Assembly (NCBI GenBank): GCA_009837395.1
Contig: VXTP01000015.1
Location: forward strand, 297,986 to 361,985
Length of the DNA: 64,000 bases
Origin: Gemmatimonadota bacterium
GTDB taxonomy: Bacteria; JAAXHH01
Direction of reading: 5' to 3'
The position numbers and the translations under genes are program-made. Shown here one piece after another: positions 26,012-35,068 of this stretch. A model generated the notes under the pieces. The model searched no databases, had not been told where the DNA came from, and worked only from the letters and a program-made list of their open reading frames with translations. Position 1 is the first letter of the stretch. Every line of letters starts with the position of its first letter.

Positions 26012-26995
26012 ATGCCCATCGTCGATTTTCACAACCACGTCTATCCGCCCCGGTACGTCGAGGAGATCCGGAAGGGTCCCAGCGCGTACACGGTGACCGA
26101 CGACGAAGACGGCAACCCGGTCCTGCACTCTCCCGGCGACTACAACATCCTGGTGCCCGGCCACCGCCTCATGGACGTGCGCCTGGAGGTCATGGACGAG
26201 GCCGGCGTCGATACCCACGTCATCACCTTCACGGCGCCCGGCACGCTCATCGAGACGCCGGACCGGTCCGCCGAACTCAGCAGCAAGGTCAACGATCTCT
26301 TCGCCGAAATACAACAGGCGCATCCGGACCGTCTGCCGGCCCTGGCCACGCTGCCGCTGAACAAGCCGGAGGCCTGTGCCGCCGAACTGGAACGGGCCGT
26401 TGGTTCGCTGGGTTTGAAGGGGGCGTGCGTGTACAGCAACGCTAATGGCGTAGCGCTCAGCGATCCGTGCTTCTGGCCCATGTACGAGATAGCGGACGAT
26501 CGCGCAATGGCCGTCATGATCCACCCCACCTTCCCCCTGGGCGTGGAGGCCATGAAGGACTACATGCTCATGCCCGCGGTGGGGTTTCTCATGGATACGA
26601 CCCTGGCCACGGCCAGCCTGCTCTTCAGCGGCGTGGTGGAGCGCTTTCCGAATATCCGCTGGGTGCTGGGCCACCTGGGCGGCGCCGTGCCCTACCTGGC
26701 CGAGCGCTTTGACCGGTGCTACGAGGCCTTTCCGCAGTGCCGCGCCAACCTGGAGCACCATCCCACGGTCTACCTGAAGAACCAGTTCTACTACGACACG
26801 GTCAATTTCGACGTGGACGCGCTGCATTTCGCCCTGGGCTTCGCCGGCGCGGGACGGATCCTGGCCGGGAGCGACTATCCCCACCAGATCGGCAGCATGC
26901 CGAAGATGATCGAAAGCATCAACGCGATGGATCTGACCGCAGAAGACCGCACCGCTATCCTGGGAGGGAACGCCGTCCGCCTGCTGGGGTTGTGA
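26012..26995 (+). CDS. amidohydrolase_2 family protein (ACMSD-like decarboxylase/hydratase)
   Basis: 327 aa. The N-terminal metal motif is IVDFHNHVYP and the C-terminal motif is GSDYPH, as in the PF04909-type TIM-barrel metal enzymes. Confidence 0.8.
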   Translation: MPIVDFHNHVYPPRYVEEIRKGPSAYTVTDDEDGNPVLHSPGDYNILVPGHRLMDVRLEVMDEAGVDTHVITFTAPGTLIETPDRSAELSSKVNDLFAEIQQAHPDRLPALATLPLNKPEACAAELERAVGSLGLKGACVYSNANGVALSDPCFWPMYEIADDRAMAVMIHPTFPLGVEAMKDYMLMPAVGFLMDTTLATASLLFSGVVERFPNIRWVLGHLGGAVPYLAERFDRCYEAFPQCRANLEHHPTVYLKNQFYYDTVNFDVDALHFALGFAGAGRILAGSDYPHQIGSMPKMIESINAMDLTAEDRTAILGGNAVRLLGL

Positions 26996-27089
26996 TCGAT
27001 CCACCGCCGACCGGGCCGCGGGCGGAGGCAATCCGGTCCCAAGCAACCCGGTCCGATGGGGCGACGGTGTGGTTCCTATCTTCGAGATC

Positions 27090-27117
27090 GGAGCGTTTAA
27101 GCCGGAGCGTTTAAGCC
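27090..27117. repeat. perfect 14-bp tandem duplication of the RBS region abutting the SDR start codon
   Basis: ggagcgtttaagcc occurs twice (27090-27103 and 27104-27117) and is followed directly by the ATG at 27118. Each unit carries GGAG. Confidence 0.95.
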
Positions 27118-27906
27118 ATGGACCTGAAACTCCGCGGGAAAAGAGCGATCGTCACCGGCGCCAGCCGGGGCATCGGACGTTGCTGCGCGCTGGCCCTGGC
27201 CCGGGAGGGCGCCCGCGTGTGCGTCACGGCCCGGAACCTGGACCTGCTGGACGACGTGGTCCGGGAAATCGAAGCAGCGGGCGGCGAGGGACACGCGGTC
27301 ACCGCTGACTTGGTCTCGATGGACGGCTGCCGCAAGGTGGTCCGGGAAGCCGCCGGCACCTTCGGCGGCATCGACATCCTCGTCAACTGCGCCGGCGCGG
27401 CCCGGGGCGGTGACATCCTGGACCTTCCCACGGAACAGATCGACGAGGGGATGGCGCTCAAGGCCCACGGATACCTGCGGATGTCGCAACTGGTGATCCC
27501 GTACATGCGGGAGAACCGGTGGGGGCGCATCGTCCATATCGCCGGCGGCGCGGGGACAAGCCCCGGACGCGGTAACATCCCCTTGAGCCTGGCCAACATC
27601 GCCGTCCTCAACAGCACGCGGGCCTTGACGGACGCGGTATCCGGCGACGGCATCCTGGTCAACGCCATATGTCCCGGCATGACGAACACCCAGCGAGCCC
27701 GGGACCTGCAGCAGGTGGAGGCCGACCGGCAGGGCCGCGACGTCGAGGACCTGCTACGCGAAGCCGGCGAGCGGATTCCCGCCGGCCGCATCGCGGAACC
27801 GGAGGAGGTCGCTACCGTGGCGACTTTCCTCGCGTCCGAACCCTGTTCCTATGTCTTCGGCACCGCCGTCTACATGGATGGAGGAGAGCGGAGGGGCACG
27901 CCCTGA
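27118..27906 (+). CDS. SDR-family oxidoreductase
   Basis: 262 aa. Has TGASRGIG cofactor motif and the length and pattern of a classical short-chain dehydrogenase. Confidence 0.9.
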   Translation: MDLKLRGKRAIVTGASRGIGRCCALALAREGARVCVTARNLDLLDDVVREIEAAGGEGHAVTADLVSMDGCRKVVREAAGTFGGIDILVNCAGAARGGDILDLPTEQIDEGMALKAHGYLRMSQLVIPYMRENRWGRIVHIAGGAGTSPGRGNIPLSLANIAVLNSTRALTDAVSGDGILVNAICPGMTNTQRARDLQQVEADRQGRDVEDLLREAGERIPAGRIAEPEEVATVATFLASEPCSYVFGTAVYMDGGERRGTP

Positions 27907-27932
27907 TGCCGTTTGGGCGAGTGTCCTGTAGC

Positions 27933-27968
27933 GAGGCACGCCCTAAAACCGGGGCACGCCCTAGAACC
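27933..27968. repeat. 18-bp tandem repeat derived from the SDR gene 3-prime end (third copy at 27893-27906)
   Basis: The gene end is ggggcacgcccTGA (27893-27906). It is followed by gaggcacgcccTAAaacc (27933-27950) and ggggcacgcccTAGaacc (27951-27968). Confidence 0.9.
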
Positions 27969-28080
27969 GTCCAGGCGAGCACCCTGGCATCTGTCGTCCG
28001 CGTCGGTCGTCAGTACCTGTCACTCGCCTCTTTCCAACTGTCGTCAGCATTCATCGTTTCCATATAATAGGAGAACCATC

Positions 28081-28467
28081 ATGGCTGAGAACACGTCCAA
28101 GTCCTTCGCGGCCCATGCGGAAGGCGCCGACTGGGTCAAGGGGCTGCGCCCCTATTTCGTATACCGCGACCTGGGCATGAAGTCCGCCACCGAAGGCCGG
28201 GTGATGGCTCACGTCATCCGGGCCGCCCAGTCCTGCGACGGTCCCATGGGCTATCACTCCCACGAACTCGAATTCCAGATGAACTACCTTCTCAAGGGCT
28301 GGGCGCGCATCGACCTGGCGGACGTGGGCGAGATCGAGGTGACCGCGGGCGACGCGTGGTACCAGGCGCCCGGCGTCGCGCATGAGCTGATGGAGTACTC
28401 CGACGATTTCGAAGTCATCGAGATCACCATACCGGGGGACTTCCCGACCATCGACGAAACGCGATAG
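28081..28467 (+). CDS. cupin domain protein
   Basis: 128 aa starting at the ATG at 28081, preceded by AGGAGA. Has the cupin motifs GYHSHELEF and GDAWYQAPGVAHE. The track ORF (from 27913) has an implausible N-terminal extension. Confidence 0.7.
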   Translation: MAENTSKSFAAHAEGADWVKGLRPYFVYRDLGMKSATEGRVMAHVIRAAQSCDGPMGYHSHELEFQMNYLLKGWARIDLADVGEIEVTAGDAWYQAPGVAHELMEYSDDFEVIEITIPGDFPTIDETR

Positions 28468-28475
28468 GGCCGGCC

Positions 28476-29363
28476 ATGAACGTGGGTTTCATCGGGCTGG
28501 GCAACATGGGCAATCCCATGGCCGCCAGCCTCCTGCGCGCCGGACACGCCTTGCGCGTCCACGACCTGGACGAAGATAAAGCCGCTAACCTGGTTGAGGC
28601 CGGGGCGAGTTGGGCTTCGTCCCCTCGCGAGGCGGCCGTGGGCGCCGAAGCGGTCCTCACCTCGCTGCCCGGTCCCGCCGTAGTGGAGACGGTCGTCCTG
28701 GGCGAGGACGGCGTGTTCGAAGGGCTCGCACAAGGGACCGTCTATATCGACACAAGCACGGGTGAACCGGGTCTCGCCCGCCGGATCGCCAGGGAAGGTA
28801 AGGCGCGGGGTATCGACGTGCTCGACGCGCCCATCAGCGGTGGCGTATTCGGCGCCAGGGACGCTACCCTGACCGTGTTCGTCGGCGGTCCGCAGGCGGT
28901 GTTCGGTCGGTACGAACCTCTCTTGCGGGGCGTGGGCGAAACGGTCGTCCGCATGGGAGATACCGGCAGCGGCGTCGCGACCAAGCTGGTGAACAATCTC
29001 ATGATGTTCATCAATTTCATCGGCGCGTGCGAAGGGATGGCCATCGGCATTCAGGCGGGCATCGATCCGCGTAGGTTAATCGACGCCATCCGTCCGAGCA
29101 TGGGCCAGAGCCGGATGATGGAGCGGTGCCTGACCCGCTTCCTGGACGACCAGTCCCTGTATTCCGCCGTCGACCTTGGGGTAAAGGATATGCACCTGGG
29201 CGTCGAGCTCGGCAGGTCGCTCGATGTCCCATTGGAAATCGCCCCGATGGTCGAGGACCTCCTGAGGCGTTACCAGGACCGGGGGAACGCACAGGCCGAC
29301 CTCCTCGAGTACATCGGAGACTACCTGAAACGGGCGGGCGTCGACCCGGCCGGAAAGCCGTGA
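28476..29363 (+). CDS. NAD(P)-dependent beta-hydroxyacid dehydrogenase (3-hydroxyisobutyrate dehydrogenase family)
   Basis: 295 aa. Has the N-terminal VGFIGLGNMGNPMA Rossmann motif and the family-typical DAPISGG. Confidence 0.85.
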   Translation: MNVGFIGLGNMGNPMAASLLRAGHALRVHDLDEDKAANLVEAGASWASSPREAAVGAEAVLTSLPGPAVVETVVLGEDGVFEGLAQGTVYIDTSTGEPGLARRIAREGKARGIDVLDAPISGGVFGARDATLTVFVGGPQAVFGRYEPLLRGVGETVVRMGDTGSGVATKLVNNLMMFINFIGACEGMAIGIQAGIDPRRLIDAIRPSMGQSRMMERCLTRFLDDQSLYSAVDLGVKDMHLGVELGRSLDVPLEIAPMVEDLLRRYQDRGNAQADLLEYIGDYLKRAGVDPAGKP

Positions 29364-29371
29364 GGACAACC

Positions 29372-29887
29372 ATGCACTGGAAAACATCCATCATACTGAC
29401 CTTGTTCCTGGTACCGGGCGCCGTCATGCTGGGCGCCACCGTTCCAGAGGCGGCCGGTACGGGAGCCGCCGCGGCCGCCAGCCCGCAGTCCGAGGCCGGG
29501 TCGCTCGATCTCCGGGGCGCCTGGAAACCGGAAACGTATCGGCTTAAATCCGGACCCGTCCACGAGGTGACCGGGCTGATCTCCTTCACCGAAAAGGACT
29601 GGTCGGTCCTCTTCTTCATCGTGACCGACGAGGGCCCGCGGAGGGGATCGGGCGAGGGGGGCACCTACATGCTGGAAGGAGACAAGCTGACCTTCCGCCA
29701 CCTGTACAACCTCTCCGGCGGCCACGCCGTCGACGGGTTCGAGGCCAGCGAGCTTTCGATGAGAGTGAGGCCGACAGACGCCGAAGACGCACCCGCCGAG
29801 CCCTGCACCATCACGATAGACGAAGATCTCCTTACCATCTTCTTCCCCAGCGGAAACCAGATGACCTTCCGCCGCAGTTCCCGTTGA
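29372..29887 (+). CDS. secreted hypothetical protein, possibly with a lipocalin-like domain
   Basis: 171 aa from the ATG at 29372. It has a signal peptide (MHWKTSIILTLFLVPGAVMLGA) followed by a beta-rich sequence (GAWKPETYRLKSG...GLISFTEKDW...GGTYMLEGDKLTF). It is tightly linked to the upstream dehydrogenase (8-nt gap). Confidence 0.5.
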   Translation: MHWKTSIILTLFLVPGAVMLGATVPEAAGTGAAAAASPQSEAGSLDLRGAWKPETYRLKSGPVHEVTGLISFTEKDWSVLFFIVTDEGPRRGSGEGGTYMLEGDKLTFRHLYNLSGGHAVDGFEASELSMRVRPTDAEDAPAEPCTITIDEDLLTIFFPSGNQMTFRRSSR

Positions 29888-30056
29888 AGTGCGGGCCGTC
29901 TCACGACCCACGACACACCGGAGGCCCCATCCTTCTGCCAGGCCGGTTCGCGCCGCCGGCCCGCATCTTCGGCCCACGGCCCGATCTCACGCCGGCCATC
30001 CCTTGCAGCCTTACGCGCAATCTGTCAGATTCATGTGCTTAAGGAACCGGAATCAG

Positions 30057-30085
30057 TTGACTTAAACAGTCGATCCGGCTTATCT
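30057..30085 (+). promoter_or_regulatory. candidate sigma70-type promoter for rpiA-ccmF
   Basis: TTGACT (30057-30062), a 17-nt spacer, then TTATCT (30080-30085), 45 nt upstream of the rpiA ATG. Confidence 0.3.
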
Positions 30086-30129
30086 TTGGACGCTGTCTAA
30101 TAGCCGGTTCGAGACCCGGAAACCAGTAC

Positions 30130-30840
30130 ATGCCATCCGAAGACCTGACCCGAGACATGAAGAGGACCGTCGGTATCGAGGCCGCCCGTATGGTCGGCCA
30201 GGGCGACGTGGTCGGGCTGGGCACCGGATCGACGGCGGAGTTCATGATCGAGGAACTGGGACGGCGCGTGCGGGAGGAGCAACTGGACATCGTCGGCATC
30301 CCCACGTCCTTCGACGCGTCGGTGCTGGCCCGCGGGAACGGCATCCCGGCGGGCACGCTGGACGACGTGGACCGGGTCGACATCGCCGTGGACGGCGCGG
30401 ACGAGGTCGATCCCGCGATGAACCTGATCAAGGGCCGGGGCGCCGCCCACCTGCGCGAGAAGATCGTGGACAGCATGGCCGAACGGTTCATCGTCATCGT
30501 GGACGAATCGAAACTGGTCCAGTGGCTGGGTACGAAAAGCCCCGTGCCGCTGGAAGTCCTGCCCATGGCCGTCCGGCCCGTCATGCGCGCGGTCGAAGCG
30601 ATGGGCGGGGAACCCGTGCTGCGGATGGCGGTGCACAAGGACGGACCGGTCATCACGGACCAGGGGAACATGGTGGTGGACGCCCGTTTCGACGGGATCG
30701 ACGACCCCGGTGAGATGGAGCGCACGCTCAACAACATACCCGGCATCCTGGAGAACGGTCTCTTCGTCGGACTGGCGACCGAAGTACTCGTCGGGAGGAT
30801 TACCGGCGAGGGCCGGATCGAGGTGGAAAGACGAACCTGA
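30130..30840 (+). CDS. rpiA: ribose-5-phosphate isomerase A
   Basis: 236 aa with the RpiA motifs GLGTGST, DGADEVD and [14 protein letters not shown]. Confidence 0.95.
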   Translation: MPSEDLTRDMKRTVGIEAARMVGQGDVVGLGTGSTAEFMIEELGRRVREEQLDIVGIPTSFDASVLARGNGIPAGTLDDVDRVDIAVDGADEVDPAMNLIKGRGAAHLREKIVDSMAERFIVIVDESKLVQWLGTKSPVPLEVLPMAVRPVMRAVEAMGGEPVLRMAVHKDGPVITDQGNMVVDARFDGIDDPGEMERTLNNIPGILENGLFVGLATEVLVGRITGEGRIEVERRT

Positions 30841-30879
30841 AACCGCGCGGACCCATCTGGCGGCCATCTGAGTGAATAA

Positions 30880-32847
30880 ATGAACGATATCGGATACTTC
30901 AGTCTCCTGCTCGCCTTCATGGCGGCGGCCTACGGCGGCGTGACCAGCGTGGTCGGCGCCCGGGCGCGGAACCCGCAGATGATCGCCAGCGGGGCCCACG
31001 GCGTCCTCGCCACCTTCGGCCTGCTGACCCTGTCGTCCATCGTGCTGATATACCACCTGTACACGGGCAACTTCCAGGTGGAGTACGTCGCCTCCTACAC
31101 CAGCAGCACCCTGCCCGAGTTCTACCGCGTCACCGCGATGTGGGCCGGGCAGAAGGGCTCCCTGCTCCTGTGGGTATGGACCCTGGCCCTCTTCGCGCTG
31201 GTGGTGCACCTGACGAACCGGGACCGGAACCAGACGCTGATCCCCTATGTACACGCGGTGATGATGTCGGTGGTCCTGTTCTTCATCGCCCTGCTCATCT
31301 TCATGGCCGATCCCTTCGAGCTGCTGCCCTTCGTACCCGCCGAGGGCCGCGGCCTGAACCCGGTGCTGCAGATGCCGCTCATGATCATCCACCCGCCCAT
31401 CCTCTATCAGGGCTACGTGGGGACCGTGGTCCCCTTCGCCTTCGCCATAGCCGCGTTGATCACGGGGGAACTGGGCGACACGTGGATCCGAACGATCCGC
31501 AGATGGACCCTCTACGCCTGGTTCTTCCTCGGTTTCGGCCTGATGCTGGGCGGCCGGTGGGCCTACGTCGAGCTGGGATGGGGCGGTTACTGGGCCTGGG
31601 ACCCGGTGGAGAACGCGGCGCTCATGCCCTGGCTGACCATCACGGCCTTTCTCCATTCCGTGATGATCCAGGAGAAGAAGGGCATGCTGAAGATCTGGAA
31701 CTTCATCCTGATCATCCTGACCTTCGGCCTGGTCTACTTCGGCACCTTTCTCACGCGGAGCGGGGTCGTCTCATCGGTCCATTCCTTCACCACTTCGGGC
31801 ATCGGCCCCATGTTCCTGGGTTTCGTCATCGTCTCGATGGTGTTGTCCTTCGGACTCCTGATCAGCCGGCGCAACGCCCTGAAGGCCCGCAGCGAACTCG
31901 ACTCCTTCGTTTCGCGGGAAAGCAGCTTCCTGCTGAACAACCTTGCCCTCGTCGGCGTGTGCTTCGCCATCCTGTGGGGCACCATATTCCCCGTGCTTTC
32001 CGAGGCGGTCAGCGGGGAGAAGATCACGGTGAGCGCGCCGTACTTCAACCAGATCAACGTGCCCCTGGGCATTTTCCTGCTCTTCCTCACGGGCGCGGGT
32101 CCGCTCTTCGCCTGGCGCAAGACGTCCGTGCAGAGCCTGAAGCGGCATTTCACCATTCCCATAGCCTGCTTCCTCGCCGCGGCCGCCATCCTGCTCGCCT
32201 TCGGCATCCGGCACGTCTACGCCGTGCTTTCCTTCAGCATGTGCGCCTTCGTGGTCGGCGCCATCGGCCTGGAATTCTACCGCGGTGCCCGCGCGCGCCG
32301 GTCGACGAACGAAGAATCCTGGCCCGCGGCGTTCTACCGCCTGGTCATGAGCTACAAGCGCCGGTACGGCGGTTACGTCGTCCACATCGCCATCGTGCTC
32401 CTCTTCGTGGGCTTCACGGGAAAGGCGTTCGACCGGGAGGAGAACTTCGCGGTCCGTGAGGGCGAGTCCTTCCAGATCAAGAACTACACGCTGGACTTCG
32501 ATTCCCTCACCGAGACCAACATGGGCGAGTACGTGTCCTACGCCGGCATGCTCCGACTTTCCGTGGACGGCGAGCCCGTCGTGATGATGGCTCCGGAGAA
32601 GCGTCTCTACCCCATACAGGACCAGGTGACTTCGGAAGTTTCCATCTGGTCGACGGTGAATGAGGACCTGTACGTGGTCCTGGCGGAACTGAACGAAACG
32701 CTTGACGTAGCTACATTTAAGGTCTACATTAATCCATTAGTTAACTGGGTCTGGATCGGTACGGCGCTGCTCATGCTGGGGACGATCATCCTCTTCCTGC
32801 CGGATCGATTCGGAAGAAAATCAGGCACACGCGAGCGGCCCGCATAG
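30880..32847 (+). CDS. ccmF: cytochrome c-type biogenesis heme lyase CcmF
   Basis: 655-aa polytopic protein with the W-rich heme-handling motif WAYVELGWGGYWAWDPVENAALMPWL. Confidence 0.9.
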   Translation: MNDIGYFSLLLAFMAAAYGGVTSVVGARARNPQMIASGAHGVLATFGLLTLSSIVLIYHLYTGNFQVEYVASYTSSTLPEFYRVTAMWAGQKGSLLLWVWTLALFALVVHLTNRDRNQTLIPYVHAVMMSVVLFFIALLIFMADPFELLPFVPAEGRGLNPVLQMPLMIIHPPILYQGYVGTVVPFAFAIAALITGELGDTWIRTIRRWTLYAWFFLGFGLMLGGRWAYVELGWGGYWAWDPVENAALMPWLTITAFLHSVMIQEKKGMLKIWNFILIILTFGLVYFGTFLTRSGVVSSVHSFTTSGIGPMFLGFVIVSMVLSFGLLISRRNALKARSELDSFVSRESSFLLNNLALVGVCFAILWGTIFPVLSEAVSGEKITVSAPYFNQINVPLGIFLLFLTGAGPLFAWRKTSVQSLKRHFTIPIACFLAAAAILLAFGIRHVYAVLSFSMCAFVVGAIGLEFYRGARARRSTNEESWPAAFYRLVMSYKRRYGGYVVHIAIVLLFVGFTGKAFDREENFAVREGESFQIKNYTLDFDSLTETNMGEYVSYAGMLRLSVDGEPVVMMAPEKRLYPIQDQVTSEVSIWSTVNEDLYVVLAELNETLDVATFKVYINPLVNWVWIGTALLMLGTIILFLPDRFGRKSGTRERPA

Positions 32848-33297
32848 CCGCGTCGCAGATTGAAGCACGACTATCCGGATGATGCACCGGTAGCTATATA
32901 ATGTAAGACCTGATTGGGTAACTCGATAAGCAGGATGGGGGCGCTCGGGAGGAAGAACGGGCGCATCGGAACACGGATTTCACAAGCAAAACGCATGACC
33001 GATACCGTTCCTGGCGAACAGGTGGAATCAGAATCAGTTCAACTTCGGATTTTACTTTGCTGAATTATGCACGCACTTTCCCGGCGCCGGATGGCGAAGG
33101 AACTTTCTTAAGCGGAAATCATTGCAAACGCTTGACGACAGATCGTCGGGAATACGCGCATAATCGCCCCTTCGGCGGAACGGTTCGTAAGATACGGGTG
33201 CCATCCCTTCCTCACCCGTAAGCAAAACGCCCCTGCCGGCGAAAGCCGACCCGGTCACCACCCGGTCCGGCGGCCAGCTTATCGACATTAGTCCCGG

Positions 33298-33353
33298 GCT
33301 CGACGCCACTGCTCGACGCCACTGCGCTCGATGCCACTGCGCTCGATGCCGCT
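33298..33353. repeat. 13-15-bp tandem repeat (4 units) 35 nt upstream of the rny start
   Basis: gctcgacgccact x2, then gcgctcgatgccact, then gcgctcgatgccgct. Confidence 0.95.
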
Positions 33354-33388
33354 AAAGGGATAAGCTGCTCTATCGCAGGGGGTGTTGT

Positions 33389-35068
33389 ATGGAATTCCCA
33401 TTGGAAAACCTGAACGGGTTATTGCTGCCCCTGGCCGCGCTGACCGTGATTTCCGGTCTCGTCGGGCTGGTCATCGGCATGCTCTGGCGGCGCAGCAAAG
33501 CCGGCGAAATGGAGGAGAAGGCCCAGAAGCGCGCCCAGCGCCTCTTCAAGGAAATGGAAGTACAGCGCCGGGCGGAGATGCTGGAGGAAAAGCGAAAGTG
33601 GCACGACGCACGGGAGGCCCAGGAGGAGGAAATCAACAGAAGGCAGTCCGCCCTGGTAAGCCAGGAGCAGGATATGATGGACCGGGAGAAGGAGTGCGAG
33701 CAGCGGTATGACAACCTGAAGGACCGCGAAGATCAGACCGGCCTGCGGGAAGACGAACTGGAAAAGACGGAAGAGAGGCTGAACGCGCAGGAAGTCCGCC
33801 TGAAGGAATCGGCATCGGAATACCGCAACCGGCTGGAGTCCCTGGCCCGGCTGACCTCCGAGGAAGCCAAGCAAAAGCTCCACGGCGAACTCATCCGCGA
33901 CGTGAAGCAGGAAGCCGAGCACCAGGTGAGGGACATCATGAAAACCGCGCAGACCAATGCCAACCGGGAAGCGAGAAAGATCGTTACGCTGGCGATCAGC
34001 CGGTGCGCGGTGGATCAGTCCACACAGACCAGCGTCGCGGTGGTCCCCCTGCCCAACGACCAGATAAAGGCCCGAATCATCGGGAAAGACGGCCGCAACA
34101 TCCGGACTTTCGAGGCGGCCAGCGAAGTGAAGGTGATGGTGGACGATACGCCCGAAGCCGTGGTCATCTCCTGTTTCGATCCCATTCGCCGGGAAATCGC
34201 CCGGACCGCCATGGCGGATCTCGTATCCAACGGGAAGATCACCCAGAGCCGCATCGAGGAAATCATCGGGCGGGCACAGGAACAGATCGACAGCCGCCTG
34301 CTCTCGGAAGGTCAGCAGGCCGTCAACGAGCTCAAACTGAAATCCATGCATCCCGAGATGATGAAGCTGGTCGGCCGGCTGCGGTTCCGTTCCAGTTACG
34401 GCCAGAACGCCCTGGATCACTCGAAGGAGGTGGCGTTCCTCACCGGCATGATGGCCGTCGAGATCGGCCTGGACGAACCGCTCGCCCGGCGCTGCGGGCT
34501 CCTGCATGACGTGGGCAAGGCCCTGGACCACGAGATGGAGGGATCCCACCCGGAAATTGGCCTGGCCTTCGCGGAAAAGTACGGCGAACCCGAGGAAGTC
34601 AAGAACGCCATCATCGCCCATCACAACGACGAGAACGAGGAAATCACCTCGCCGATCACCTTTCTGGTCGCCGCGGCGGACGCCATTTCCGGCGCTCGGC
34701 CCGGCGCCCGCCGGAACGATCCCGAAGACTATGTCCGCAGGGTGGTGGAACTGGAAGAACTCGCCCGTGCCTTCGACGGGGTGGCCGACGCCTACGCCAT
34801 CAATGCCGGTCGCGAGATCCGGGTCATGGTCCGTCCGGACCAGGTGGACGACGACCGGACGCACACGCTGGCTTCCGAGATCTCCCAGAAGATCCGCAAC
34901 GACCTGACCTATCCCGGGCACATCAAGGTGACCGTCATCCGGGAGAAGATCGCCCACAGGATGACGAACAAGCGGGACGACCAGCAGCACGGCGGACGTC
35001 GAAGGTCGTACGGACGAAACCGGAACCGGCGTCATGCTCCGGCGTCCAGCGGACAGGCGGCGGGATAG
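33389..35068 (+). CDS. rny: ribonuclease Y
   Basis: 559 aa. Its parts are an N-terminal TM helix, a long charged coiled-coil, a KH domain (IIGKDGRNIRTFE) and an HD domain (HSKEVAFL...LLHDVGKA). It also has an unusual Arg-rich C-terminal tail. Confidence 0.95.
   Translation: MEFPLENLNGLLLPLAALTVISGLVGLVIGMLWRRSKAGEMEEKAQKRAQRLFKEMEVQRRAEMLEEKRKWHDAREAQEEEINRRQSALVSQEQDMMDREKECEQRYDNLKDREDQTGLREDELEKTEERLNAQEVRLKESASEYRNRLESLARLTSEEAKQKLHGELIRDVKQEAEHQVRDIMKTAQTNANREARKIVTLAISRCAVDQSTQTSVAVVPLPNDQIKARIIGKDGRNIRTFEAASEVKVMVDDTPEAVVISCFDPIRREIARTAMADLVSNGKITQSRIEEIIGRAQEQIDSRLLSEGQQAVNELKLKSMHPEMMKLVGRLRFRSSYGQNALDHSKEVAFLTGMMAVEIGLDEPLARRCGLLHDVGKALDHEMEGSHPEIGLAFAEKYGEPEEVKNAIIAHHNDENEEITSPITFLVAAADAISGARPGARRNDPEDYVRRVVELEELARAFDGVADAYAINAGREIRVMVRPDQVDDDRTHTLASEISQKIRNDLTYPGHIKVTVIREKIAHRMTNKRDDQQHGGRRRSYGRNRNRRHAPASSGQAAG

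Noticed and set aside
33170-33300. SRP (4.5S) RNA or RNase P RNA, suggested by CCCGGTCCGGCGGCC and GGGAGGAAGAACGGGCGC segments.
   Set aside because: The SRP domain IV core (GUCAGGUCCGGAAGGAAGCAGC) and the RNase P core (GAGGAAAGUCCGGGC) are not matched beyond a few bases. The region is also too short for RNase P.
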